Positions 1 to 12,041 of a stretch of 64,000 bases of DNA are shown piece by piece. The DNA comes from Chiloscyllium plagiosum (taxonomy: Eukaryota): assembly GCF_004010195.1 (NCBI RefSeq), contig NC_057753.1, positions 5,636,367 to 5,700,366 of the forward strand, given 5' to 3'. Every line of letters starts with the position of its first letter. Position 1 is the first letter of the stretch. Position numbers and translations under genes: made by a program. A model generated the notes under the pieces. The model had not been told where the DNA came from, did not search any database, and worked only from the letters and a program-made list of their open reading frames with translations.

Positions 1-270
1 GGTGCAACAGAGTGTTACAAGGGGACATAAATTTAAGGTGAAGGGTGGAAGGTATAGGGGAAATGTCAGGGGTGGGTTCTTTACCCAGAGAGTGGTGGGG
101 GCATGGAATGCGCTGCCTGTGGGAGTGGCAGGGTCAGAATCATTGGTGACCTTTAAGCGGCAATTGGATAGGTACATGGATGGGTGCTTAAGCTAGGACA
201 AATGTTCAGCACAACATCGTGGGCCGAAGGACCTGTTCTGTGCTGTATTGTTCTATGTTCTATGTTCTAT
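1..270 (+). mobile_element. CR1/HER1-type LINE 3' end
   Basis: ORF2 C-terminal motif TRGHKFKVKGGRYRGNVRGGFFTQRVVGAWNALP...FKRQLDRYM, then a gggccgaagg hairpin and a (ttctatg)n tail. Confidence 0.9.
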
Positions 271-504
271 TAACCACAGACAAAAACAAAACAGAATATT
301 GAATCTTATAATTGATAAATCTTCCGCCAATCTCGGGCACCTGACAAGTTGCATGGCAAAAGCTTGAACCTCATTGGTTACTTGCTCATATCTACTGGTC
401 CAAGGGGAAGGTGAATACCTAGCAGCTTGCCAGTACTAGCGATGTGTACTTATTTTTAAAAAAAGTCTTGTAACAGGCTGCTGGAGAGGTGGGTATTAGA
501 TGAA

Positions 505-712
505 AGAATCACTGAATCCCTAAAGAGTGGGAATGGGCCGTTCGGGCCCTGTGGTCCATACCACCCCTCCAAACGGCATCCCACACAGACCCACCTCCTC
601 ACCCTATCCCTATAAGCCCGACTTTCCCATGTCAAATCCACCTGAACTTGCACATCGTTTGACTGTGGGAGGAAGCTCAGAGAACCGGGAGGAAATCCAT
701 GCAGACACGGGA
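505..712 (-). mobile_element. HE1-type V-SINE, partial
   Basis: Reverse complement of the V-domain (gactgtgggagga...atccatgcagacacggg) and of the LINE-derived tail. Confidence 0.7.
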
Positions 713-714
713 GT

Positions 715-1135
715 AACAGAGCTTTACAGTGTGGAAACAGGCCCTTCGGCCTAACTTGTCTATGCTGCCCACTTTTCACAATTCATCCAATCCCATTCAC
801 CTTCATTTGGTCCATAACCCTCCATCTCTACTCCATCACGTACCTGCCCAAATGTTTCTCAAATGTGAAAATTTACTTGCCTCCACCACCACTTCTGAGC
901 CCATTCCAGAAAATTACCACCTTCTGTGTGAAAAAAATGCCCCTCTGGACTTTTTTGTATCTCTCTTTCAACTTAAAAACCTATGCCCTCTAGTTTTAGA
1001 CTGTCCTCCCTTGGGGAAAGGCTGTTGGCTGACCACTTTATCTACGTCTCTCCTAATGTTATAGACCTCTACAAGTCGCCTCTTACTCTCCTACACTCCA
1101 GGGAAAACAATCCCAGCCAATCCAGCTTCTCATAT
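715..1135 (-). mobile_element. CR1 LINE 3' fragment
   Basis: Degenerate reverse-strand CR1 3' sequence (tgccctctagtttt, ctccagggaaaacaa). Confidence 0.75.
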
Positions 1136-1142
1136 AACTTAG

Positions 1143-1507
1143 CGAGTTTTGAGAAGAGTTGTAGCTCAGGTTAAGCTTCTCGATGTAGGTTTGCTCGCTG
1201 AGCTGGAAGGACAAGCCAAACAGAGACATGCACGAGAATTCCTAGAAGCATGGCATTCCAACCGGAACTCTATAAACAAACACATTGACCTTGGCTCCCA
1301 TTTACCTGAGAAAAAGAGCAGGAAATGACATCACCACAGAAAATGATGTCACCACAGGAACTGACATCACCAACCTGAGGAAATTCAAACATGTAAATAG
1401 CAAATGGGCTACGCTACCAGTGCTTCATCTGGAGGCTCACTTAAGATGTTACCTAGTATGGTGATGAAATGTCTGAAAACGAACCTTCCAGCTCAGCGAG
1501 CAAACCT
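1143..1507. mobile_element. Penelope-like (Poseidon-type) terminal fragment with inverted end
   Basis: Encodes the C-terminal QAKQRHAREFLEAWHSNRNSINKHID, homologous to the 29-35 kb element; perfect 24-bp inverted repeat 1187-1210/1484-1507; degenerate hammerhead at 1437-1476. Confidence 0.8.
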
Positions 1508-2094
1508 TCCTCCGGAATCTCATATAACTCAATGCAAACTCCACACAGACAGTCACCCAAGGCTGGAATCCAACCCTGGCACTAACAGGCAGCAGTTCCA
1601 ACCACTCAGCCTCTATGCCACCCCACACATCGCTATTACATGATTGCTAGCTGTTCACGCTCCCCCATTGAATTTGTAATCTCTGGATGAGTTCTGATGC
1701 CTCTGCAATTGAGCACTAGCACATGAAGATAGGTCGGATGAGAGCTTGGCAAAAGGGGAGGAGAAGGTTTCAAATTTTGGATGATTGGGACAGCTTTTAA
1801 GGTAAGTGGACCGAATCAGTGCAAGTTGGACTTGTTGCAGCCAAATCAGAATGAGTTCAATATCCTCGCTGGGAGGTTTGGTCTTGCTGTGCAGGAGGGT
1901 TTTGATGAGTTTAGAGGCGTGGGGGAGAGGAGGTGGCATCGAATCGATGTAAAGTTTGCAGCAAGGTTTAGCCACAAATTGGAAGGAATATTAGGGTTGT
2001 CCAGCAGTTGGAGAAGATGCAGACACGATGACGCACGTGGGAGGACCAGAAAACTAAAATGCATTGATTTTGAAACAAGGTTCTCACAAACCAG

Positions 2095-2430
2095 CAGAGA
2101 CTTGGTTGAGAGAGAGAGGACTGGCTGCTCAATGTTCCAGGGTTTGCTTGTTTTCCACCAGATAGAGAGAAAAGTATAAGAGGTGGAGGAGTTGCATTAT
2201 CAATCAACGAGCATGTTACCTCTGCACTCAGAGAGGACATGCTGGAGGGCCCATCCACTGTGACAATATGCATAGAGCTCAAAAATAAGGTGGGGGCAAT
2301 CACTCTGAATCAGTTATACTCCAGGCCCCGCCCAACAGCCGCTGAGTGTTGGAGGAACAAATATGGAGGCAGCTTGTGGAAAGATGCAATCAAAACTAAA
2401 GTTGTCATTAACTTCCCCAATATTGACTCA
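2095..2430 (+). mobile_element. CR1 LINE endonuclease-domain fragment
   Basis: Degenerate DWLLNVPG / RGGGVAL / NFPNID motifs of the CR1 APE domain. Confidence 0.65.
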
Positions 2431-2439
2431 GACTAATAG

Positions 2440-2892
2440 ATATGCACAGCACGTACCAAGCCGTCCATGCCGACCAGATATCCCAACCTAATCTAGTCCC
2501 ACCTGCCAGCACCCGGTCCATATCCCTCCAAACACTTCCTATTCATCTCACCATACAGATGCCTTTTAATCGCTGTAATTGTAACAGACTTCACCACTTC
2601 TTCTGACAACTCATTCCATATATGCACCACCTCTGAATCAAAACGTTGCCCTTTAGGTCCCTTTTATATCTTTCACCTCTCACCCCAAACCTGTGCCCTC
2701 TAGTTCTGGACTCCCCCACCCCAGGGAAAAGACTTTGTCTATTTATCCTATCCATGCCCCTCGTGATTTTATAAAACTCTGTAAGATCACCCCTCAGCCT
2801 CCGATGCTCCAGGGAAAACAGCCTCAGCCTGTTCAACCTCTCCCTGTAGCTCAAACTGTCCAACCCTGGCAACGTCCTTGTAAATCTTTTCT
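2440..2892 (-). mobile_element. CR1 LINE 3' fragment
   Basis: ORF 2591-2902: RFTRTLPGLDSLSYRERLNRLRLFSLEHRRLRGDLTEFYKI...TRGH. Confidence 0.9.
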
Positions 2893-4189
2893 CAGACAGC
2901 ATAGAAATCAGTTCGCTGTTCTTCCATCCTCAGTCATCACCTGTCTGAACAAGGCAGACAAGGAAGGGATCTGCAAGATTGTAAAATTAAAAAGGTTTAC
3001 TGGGGAAAACAATTAGTTCCCTCAGGACATCAATTCACTCAGCTGGCTTCCCTACACTCCTTCTCTGAGACAGCACCTTCCTCCCCAAAGCAGCCTATTT
3101 TACAATAACGCTCGGTAAACAACATCATGATACCCTACTTCCCTTCTACTCCACCAATGAAAAACTTCAATCCATCCCATTTCCAATTAAGGAGAAACCG
3201 AGGAATAGCAGTTTTTTGATTAATTGACCTTGAAGATGGGAATTGAAGTCGCTTTAACATGGTACCAAACTCAACCTGTGTGGTTATTTTACATCAGACA
3301 CCCCCACTGGTGGAAAGGCTGATGGCCTTGATGACACTGCTGCCTGCTGCTTCGTTCTCAGGTAACCTGACTTTGGGGTCTGCTGCCGACTCCAACCCGC
3401 ACATCTCAGTGATGAGTAGAAAGTAAACCTGATGGCCACATTCTGGCGGAAGCATCGGAAGCTGATATCCGCCCACAGACGTAATGCAGAGTCATGCAGT
3501 TAACGTGACGATAAAATTCCTAATAAGGTGTCAGGGCTGACTTTCGAGCTTCTTTCCAGGATCGATGTTTGCATCAGTCACTGATTTCACTTGGTTTTCT
3601 GAAATTTAGAACTGACTGCACCACCCCAGCGTTTTTATTTCAAATTCGTGAGTGAGTGAGGAAAGATGCCTGTGGGGATTTATGTCTTACTGCTCGGTCT
3701 TGGTATTCATTTCTCAAAGCCTTGTCCTTCTATTCATAATTAATATTCATCCATCCCATGTTATTCTTTTGCTCTCATATGTATGGTTACTTAATGGAGT
3801 GTTCACACTTCAAGAAGGCCTTCACAGGGCGTTTCAACCCAGACTACTTGAAATCACAGGAGAACTGCGAGACACCGATTTAGTTTGATTGAACATAAAG
3901 GCAAGAGGACAACGGGTTTGTAACTTTAAAGCCTGGAACTGTTGGAACTGTTCCAACTGGAAGACAGGGTTTGAAAGCATAATGACATCAGAGTTATTTC
4001 TAAATTTCAATAGAGTTAAATAAAAGCGGGAAATATTCGAATGAGCACCGAGAAAGAGATCAATGGTATAGTCCAGAAAATGATTGTATCAGTGGATGCT
4101 CACTGTACAGCTCCATTTTCCATTGATGACAAATGGAATGCAACAATTCTCTTTCCTTTTTGTCAATTTTGTCTGTTGAGGTGAGTGAG

Positions 4190-4965
4190 TGCTGGACGGT
4201 GGTAGGTAGTTAATATAGTTTATATGGATTTCAGCAAAGCCTTTGACAAGATCCCACTTGGGAAACTGATAAAGAAGGTGAAGGCTCGCGGGATCCAGAT
4301 TGATTTGTCAAGATAGATCCAAAATTGGTTAGTGGTAGTAGACTGAGGGTGGCGTTAGAAGGGCACTTGTGTAATTGGAGCTGCTGAGCAATTGTGTAAC
4401 ACAAGGATGTGTGCTGCGTCCCTTACTGTTTGTGATAACGTAACAGCTGTTAGATGACAACATATGAGCATAAGGGTTGGGGAATCGAGGACTAGAGAGC
4501 ATCAATTTAAAGTTACAGGGGAAAGAATAAAAGGGACAACTTTTTTACACAGAGGGTGATCACATCTGGAACAAGCTGCCAGAGGAAGTGGCTGAGGTGG
4601 GTACATTAACAACGTTCAAAAGGCATTTGGACAAATACATGGATAGGAAAGGATTGGAAGTAAATGGGCTCACGTGCAGGGAAATGGGATTAGCTTGGAT
4701 TGAGATTTTGGTCGGCATGGAGCAGTTTGGGCCAAAGGGCATGACTCCGTGCTGTAGGACTCCATGACTATGATAATGGCAAGTAAACCTACCGAAGACA
4801 CAAAAAATGGGCAGATGGTTGATAGTGAGGAGGAAGGTGTGAGATTAGAGGAAGATATAAATGCATTCCTCGGGTGGGCAGATCAGTAGCAGACAGAAGT
4901 TGATCCTGATAAATGTGAGATGGCATGCTTTGTTAGAAGGAACCAGGCAAGGGGAGGTACTCATG
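4190..4965 (+). mobile_element. Degenerate CR1 RT fragment with a second CR1 3' end nested at about 4470-4770
   Basis: YMDFSKAFDK-encoding tatatggatttcagcaaagcctttgacaag; CR1 tail sequence inside it. Confidence 0.75.
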
Positions 4966-4967
4966 AA

Positions 4968-5297
4968 TCACAGAATTCTGTATCTGAAATCCGAAAATCT
5001 CCGAAATCCAAAGTCTCTTTCGTGAAGGTTTTTTCTCCATAACAAGGTTGTTTGGCGGGCAAACAGTTAACCCAACTCCACACCCACACGACCCACGTCA
5101 TGCTGTGGGCGTGGCCCAGCACTGGCAGGGGTCAATACTGTCTCAGGGCCCCTAGCACTCACAGCTGCGTCTGCTGTTTGGTAAGATTTTGTTTCCATTT
5201 CACCGTGAAACTGTCACTTATTCCAAAAACTGAAAAATTCTGAATTCTGAAAACCAGCTGTTCCTGAGGGTATCCGATAAAGGATTGTGAGCCTGTA
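4968..5297. mobile_element. Probable pogo/Tigger-like non-autonomous DNA transposon (MITE)
   Basis: Right end ...gataaaggattgtgagcctgta (CTG-TA terminus) and repeated tccgaaa/tctgaaa sub-terminal motifs; left end degenerate; interrupts a CR1. Confidence 0.45.
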
Positions 5298-5427
5298 TGA
5301 GGAACAGGTAGCTCTTTGGATACTTGTCCATAGACCACTCAAGGTAACATGTCAGGTTATTTGAGTAGTTAAGAAAGCATACAGGACGCTTGCCTTTATC
5401 AGTTGTGATACAGATTAGAGGAGACAA

Positions 5428-5764
5428 TTGTCTCGTGGTATTATTGCTGCATTGTTAATCCAGAGACCAACGCAATATTCTGGAGACCCGGGTTCAAATC
5501 CTACAATGGTGAAATTTGAATTTAAAAAAAATCGGGAATGAAAAGTCTAATGATGCCTGTGAATCCATTCTCAATTGTCAAAAAACTCCTTTTGGTTCAC
5601 CAATGTCCTTTAGGGAAGGAGACTGCCATCCTTACCTAGCCAGGCCTACATGTGACTGCAGACCCACAGCAAAATGGTTGTCTCTTAACTACCTCTGGAC
5701 AATTAGGGATGGGCAAAAAAATACTCGCCTAGCCAGAGACGCCCTCATCCCATGAATGATTAAA
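5428..5764 (+). mobile_element. tRNA-derived SINE (non-HE1) with L2/CR1-like tail
   Basis: B-box gggttcaaatcc; tail tagggatgggca...gccagagacgccctcatcccatgaatga; second copy on the minus strand at 9530-9785. Confidence 0.7.
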
Positions 5765-5889
5765 TATATCAAGATCATAAGAGAAGTATGGTCATTTTGG
5801 AGGTGTATGAAACCTTGTCTAAGCCACACCTGGAGTGCTGTGTGCAGTTCTGGTGCCCAGATAGGAAGGATGAGATTGGAGCTTATAAC

Positions 5890-8800
5890 ATAGTACATAG
5901 AAACATACAGCACAGAACAGACACTTAAGCCCACGATGTTGTGCCGAGGTTTATTCCTAATGTAAAATATAATAACTTAACCGACACACCCCTCAACTCA
6001 CTGCTATCCATGTGCATGTTCAGCAGTCGCCTAAATGTCCCTATTGACTCTGCTTCCCCCACCACCGCTGGCAACGCATTCCACGCATTCACAACTCTCT
6101 ACGTAGAGAACCTACCTCTGACGATTCCTCTATACCTTTCTCCTAATATCTTAAAACTATGACCCCTGGTCCCAGTCAATGCTGCCCTGGGGAAAAGTCT
6201 CTGGCTATTGACTCTATCTATTCCTCGCATTATCTTGTCACCTCGATCAGGTCTCCTCTCTTCCTCCTTCTCTCCAGAGAGAAAAGTCAGAGCTTATTCA
6301 ACCTTTCTTCATAATGCAAGCCCTCCAGGCAGCATCCTGGTAAATCTTCTTTGCATCCTTTCCAAAGCCTCTGTGTCTTTTCTATAGTAGGGCAATCAGA
6401 ACTGGACGCAATATTCCAAGTGTGGTCTCACCAGGGACTTGTAGAGCTGCAGCAAAACCTCGCGGCTCTTAAACTCAATCCCGCTGTTAATGAAAGCCAA
6501 AGCACCATATGCTTTCTTAACAACCCTATCCACTTGGGTGGCAACCTTTGAGGGATATATGTACTTGCACACCCAAATCCCACTATTCCTCCACACTGCC
6601 AATAATTCTGTCTTTAATCCTATATTCAGCATTCGAGTTCGACCTTCCAAGATGCATCACTTCACGTTTATCCATCTGCCATTTCCCAGCCCAGCTCTGC
6701 ATCCTGTCTATGTCGCACTACAGCCTGCAGTAGCCCTGAGTACGATTGATGGCACCTCCAACCTTGTGTCATCTGCAAATTTACTAACCCACCCCTCAAC
6801 CTCCTCATCCAAGTAATTTATAGAAACTACAAAATGCAGAAGCCCAAGAACAGACCTCACTCAACACTGTCCTCCAGGCAGAATACTTTCCATCTACAAC
6901 CACTCTCTGCCTTCTGTTAGCCAACCAATTCTGAATCCAGATAGCCAAATCTCCCTGTATCCCATACTTCCTGGCTTTATGAATGAGCCTACCATGGGGA
7001 ACCCTATCAAATGCATTGCTGAAGTCCATATACACCACATCCACTGTTCGACCTTCGTCGACCTGTCTTGTCACCTCCTCAAATAACTCAATAAAATTTG
7101 TGAGGCATGATCTGCCCCTCACAAAACCATGCTGACTCCATTTAATCACACTATGCTTTGCCAAATAGTCATAAATCCCATCCCTCAGAATTATTTCCAA
7201 ATCTTTTCTGACCAGAGAGGTAAGACTGACTGATCTCTAATTGCCAGGGATTCCCCTATTACCCTTCTTGAAAAGAGGAACAACATTCACCTCCTTCCAA
7301 TCCTCCAGTACCACTCCCGTGGAGATTGAGGAGGCAAATGTCCTCGCCAGCGGCTTAGTAACCTCCTACCTCACTTCCCGGAGCAGTAGGATAAATCTGG
7401 TCTGGCCCTGTGGACTTACCAGTCTTACTGTTTTCCAAAGTTTCCAGCACATCAAGTTCATCAATTTTGATCTGGTGAAGCCTGTATCCCAGCTCCTCAA
7501 AGTTTTCATTCNNNNNNNNNNNNNNNNNNNNNNNNNNNNNNNNNNNNNNNNNNNNNNNNNNNNNNNNNNNNNNNNNNNNNNNNNNNNNNNNNNNNNNNNN
7601 NNNNNNNNNNNNNNNNNNNNNNNNNNNNNNNNNNNNNNNNNNNNNNNNNNNNNNNNNNNNNNNNNNNNNNNNNNNNNNNNNNNNNNNNNNNNNNNNNNNN
7701 NNNNNNNCACCTCCTCAAAGAACTCAATAAGATTTGGAGGCAACACCTGCCCCTCACAAAGCCATGCTGACTCCATTTAATCACACTATGCTTTGCCAAA
7801 TAGTCATAAATCCTATCCCTCAGAATTATTTCCAAATCTTTTCTGACCAGAGGGGTAAGACTGACTGGTCTGTAAATGCCAGGGATTTCCCTATTACCCT
7901 TCTTGAAAAGAGGAACAACATTCACCTCCTTCCAATCCTCCGGTACGACTCCCGTGGAGATTGAGGAGGCAAATATCCTCACCAGTGGCTTAGTAATCTC
8001 CTACCTCACTTCCTACCTCACTTCCCGGAGCAGTAGGATAAATCTGGTCTGGCCTTGTGGACTTACCAGTCTTACTGTTTTCCAAAGTTTCCAGCACATC
8101 AACTTCATCAATTTTGATCTGGTCAAGCCTGTATCCCAGCTCCTCAAAGTTTTCATTCACAACAAGGCCCAAAGCACAAAACTCATTTAGGACTACCCCT
8201 ATCTGCTCAGACTCCACGCACAAGTTCCCTCCGCTATCTCTGACCTTCTCCCTGATCATTCTCTTATTCTTCACGTATGAGTAAAATACTTTTTGGTTCT
8301 CCCTAATCCTTCTTCCAAGCCTTTTTTGTGCCCCCTCCTGGCTCTCCTCAGTCCATTTCTGACCTCCTTTCTAGCAAGCCTGTAATCCTCTAAAGCTGTA
8401 CTAGATCCTTGCTTTCTCCACCTTATGTAAGCTGCCTTCTTCCTTTTGATGAGAAGCTCCTCTGTTCTCGTCATCCAAGGTTCCTTAATCTTACCTCTTC
8501 TTACCTGTCTCAGAGGAACAAATTCGTGCATCACTCGTGACAACTGCTCCTTAAACAGTATCCACATGTCTGCTGCGCCCTTTCTGTGGAACAACTGCTC
8601 TCAATCTGTACTTTCCAACTCCTGTCTGATAGCGTCATAATTTCCTTTTCCACAGTTAAATATCTTCCCCTCAGTAACTGCTCCTTTCCCTCCCCATGGC
8701 AATGGTAAATATGAGGCAGTTGTGATCACTGTCACCAAAGAGTTCTCCCACCGCGAGATCTGACACCTGTCCTGCCGAGCACCAAATCTAAAATGGCAAG

Positions 8801-9060
8801 GAAACCCTCCTGAACACACCTGACAAAAATGGCTCCATCCAATCCACCTGCACTTAGGAGGCTCCAGTCGATATTGGGAAAGTTGAAATCACCCATAACA
8901 ACCCTGCTACTTTTGTATTTTTCCAGAATCTGCCTGCCTATGAGATCTTCAATCTCTCGATTGCTATTAGGTGGTCTGTAGAAAACCCACAATGCGGTGG
9001 CTGTTTCCTTGCTGTTCCTAACTTCCACCAATACTCAATCAGTAGACAAACCTTCCTCAA
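5890..9060 (-). mobile_element. Long CR1/HER1 LINE ORF2 remnant (frameshifted), spanning an assembly gap
   Basis: ORFs with FYRPPNS, MGDFNFPNIDW, YRPVSLT, SQHGFVRGRSCLTN, VYMDFSNAFDRVPH and LVRPHLEYCVQF. Confidence 0.92.
7512..7707. other. Assembly gap (196 N)
   Basis: Run of N. Confidence 1.
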
Positions 9061-9124
9061 CAAACCTCGTTTTTGTAGTAATAATGCAGAGGAAAGGGCT
9101 GCAGCGGATATTCGCCAGGATGTT

Positions 9125-9400
9125 CGCTGCCTCACAGCACCAGGGACCCAGATTTGATGCCTGACTCAAGCGACTGTCTGGGTGGAGTTTGCACATTCTC
9201 CCCATGTCTGTGTGGGTTTCCTCTGGGTGCTCCAGTTTACTATGACAAGGTATGCAGGTTAGGGTGAATGGATCATGCTAAATTGCCCATAGTGTTAGGT
9301 GCAGTAGTCAGAGGGAGATGAGTCTGGGTGGGTTGCTCTTTGGTGGGTCGGTGTGGACTTGTTGGGCAGAATGTCCTGTTTGCACACTGTAGGGAATCTA
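9125..9400 (+). mobile_element. HE1 SINE, 5'-truncated, inserted in a CR1 fragment
   Basis: gctgcctcacagcaccaggg...ggagtttgcacattctcccc...; flanked by atgtt direct repeats. Confidence 0.85.
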
Positions 9401-9529
9401 ATGTTGCCGGGGATGGATCCTTTCTGCGATGAAGTCAAGCTGGATAAGTTCGGGCTATGTCCTTTAACACAGACAAAGTTGAAGGAGAACCTCAGAAATA
9501 TATAAGATTATGAAGGGCATAGAGAAAGT

Positions 9530-9785
9530 AACTGTGAGTCTGTAGTCACATGTAGACCAGGTAAGGATGGCAGCTTCCTTCCCTGAAGGACATTGGTGAA
9601 CCAGATGGAGTTTTCCAACAATCAGCAATGGATTTACAGCCATACTTATCATCTAAATTCCCGATTTTTCTTGAATTCAAATTCCACCATCTGCCGTGGC
9701 AGGATTTGAACCCGGTTCCCCACAACATTACAACAGTCTCTAGATTAGCAATCCAATGACAATACCGCAAGACCATCGCCTTCTC
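9530..9785 (-). mobile_element. Second copy of the non-HE1 tRNA SINE
   Basis: Reverse-complement similarity to 5428-5764 (ggatttgaacccgg B-box, ccttccctgaaggacattggtgaacc). Confidence 0.7.
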
Positions 9786-11136
9786 TAATTTATATCACAA
9801 CTGATAAAGACAAACATCCTGTATGCATTCTGAACTACCCAAATAACTTGACATGGTACCTTGACTGGTGTATAAGGGTCAATATTTAGTAGGTTTAAAA
9901 AAATGTGGAAGGCATGGGGTTTAGAGGGGATTTGAGAAAAACTATCATCCAGAGGGTTGTGGAGTCCTGGAAGACATTGCCTGGGTGAGTAGTTGAGGTG
10001 GGTAACCTCCCAACCTTCAAAAGTACTTGGGCACATGAAGTGTTCTAAAATTCAAGACTAAAGTGCTAATGTGGGAAAGTGGATCTAGTGCTGTTGGTGC
10101 CAGTGAAGCTCCATTGCACTGCATCTCTTCCAAGTATATTTTTCTAAGGTAGGGGACAAACGCTGTGTGTAATTTTCCAGTTGTTATCCTACCAGAGACC
10201 TGTATAACTGCAGTAAGAAATCCCTACTTCTGAACTCGATTATCCTGCAATGAAATGCCATTGTTTACCCAATTGCTTTCTGTGCTTGCCTGTTTATTTT
10301 AATTAAATGGTTTACAAGGATACACAGATCCCTTCTTTGTATATAAGGTTCTTATTTTTAAATACATGGTAATCCCTGTTGTATTCCATCTGTCATGTGC
10401 TTGACTACTCACTGAGCTCTTCTAAACCACCTTGACGTCTCTGTGCCTCCTCCTCATCACACACAATCGTACCCAGTTTTGTATTGTCAACAAAACTGGA
10501 CATGTTTTATTCGATTCCGTTATACAGGTCATTTATATATATTATAAATTGTATAGTCATACTCAGTTGAACAGATAATACAGGCATGTTAATTTTGAGC
10601 CTTTCACTGTCCGTCAGATCACAGCACAATACTCAGGATGAAACTCTTAAGGTACACCTGGAACAGTCTCAGCAAGAAATACATCATCTGGCATAATTTC
10701 AAGATGGATTTGCAGTGCTTGTATGAAAGACAGAATCCATCCAGACCAAGGGTTAAATAATGAATATGTCTTGACAAGTAATTTATTTATTGGCAAAAAG
10801 CAATAACTTTACTAGTGATGGTTACACCAATATAGTTTTCAAAATGTTCTAACACCATCATGAAGTATGGCATGCTTATTCATAATTTTAGGCTTGTTTC
10901 AAAAGCCTGTGAGGCTGATGGAACACATCTCTCTGAGTTAGCAAGAAGCAGAGAACTGGGAATTAACAGAGGACACGTTAACCAAACTGAATGGTGCAGG
11001 AATTAAGGTGCTGCATACATTCTTAAACACACACACTGCGGGAGAAACAATAAAAAAGCAGATCAGAAGAGGATACGTTGGAATTTAATAGATTCATCTC
11101 GAAAAATAATGGAGATTTCATATTCAATTTCACTGG

Positions 11137-12041
11137 TTAAAGTTTGAATAATTTAATGAATAGATTCAATGGATAAGACAGACCTTTCTTTAACTCCTCT
11201 CTGAATTTGCTCTGTGTCCCTGCATAAATAAATGGGTTGATGCACGAACTCATAAACTGAAGTATATACCCACTTTGCTCCAGAATAAATGCAGTTTGAT
11301 TAGAGCTTGAGAAGTAAGTCAGATTTGCAATCCGGAAATAGAGCACTGTTATAAAAAACAGGAAATATGACAGGATGAAGGTGCCTGAAATGGCGAAGAG
11401 TAACACAATGGACTTTCTTCGTTTCTCCATCTCTGGGTCAGTCTGGTTATCTCCATTGTTCTGGTTCCGAAGTCTCTTGCGGGCTCTACTTGCTGTGAGA
11501 ATGTGTCTGACAGTTAGAACATTGAGCAGCAAAGTCAGAATGAATGGAAGACAAGGGGTTACAATTGATCGAATCCAATCATATGCAGCCCAAGCAAGTG
11601 ATGTATAAAATTCTTTTTTAATGTTGCAGAACCAGGGTATATTGTCAATTATGTATATTGGCTCTGATATGAAATACATGAAGGAACTTTTTACACAGCT
11701 CAGAATTGACACAATTCCTATAACCAGCGCTGCCGTTTTCTTGGTGCAATATCTCATTTTCAGCTTCTGACAACAAATGGCCACAAACCGATCAAAAGTG
11801 AAAGCTACCGTTAACCATGCGGAGCTGTCAATAGCTGCATATATTAAGGTAGCACGGAGACTGCACAGTGGTGTGATGGACAAAAAACTGAATGGGAAGA
11901 AAATTCCAGCAATTCGACTTAATATTACAGCAGTAATCATCACCAAGAGATCCGTTGCTGCCATGGACACGAGATAATATGTGATACATCTAGAGAGACC
12001 ACATTTGCTTCGAGACAGGATCACAATCACTGCCACATTGG
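11137..12041 (-). CDS. Class A (rhodopsin-family) GPCR, GPR139-like; exon 2 (second half of TM1 to C-terminus)
   Basis: Open 905-nt frame with hydrophobic helices, LVSMAATD (TM2), FTFDRFVAIC (TM3 DRY-like) and INPFIY (NPxxY); acceptor ttttcag at 12042-12048; phase-1 join gives VP-A-NVAVIVILSR, like GPR139 LPANILTVIILS. Confidence 0.9.
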
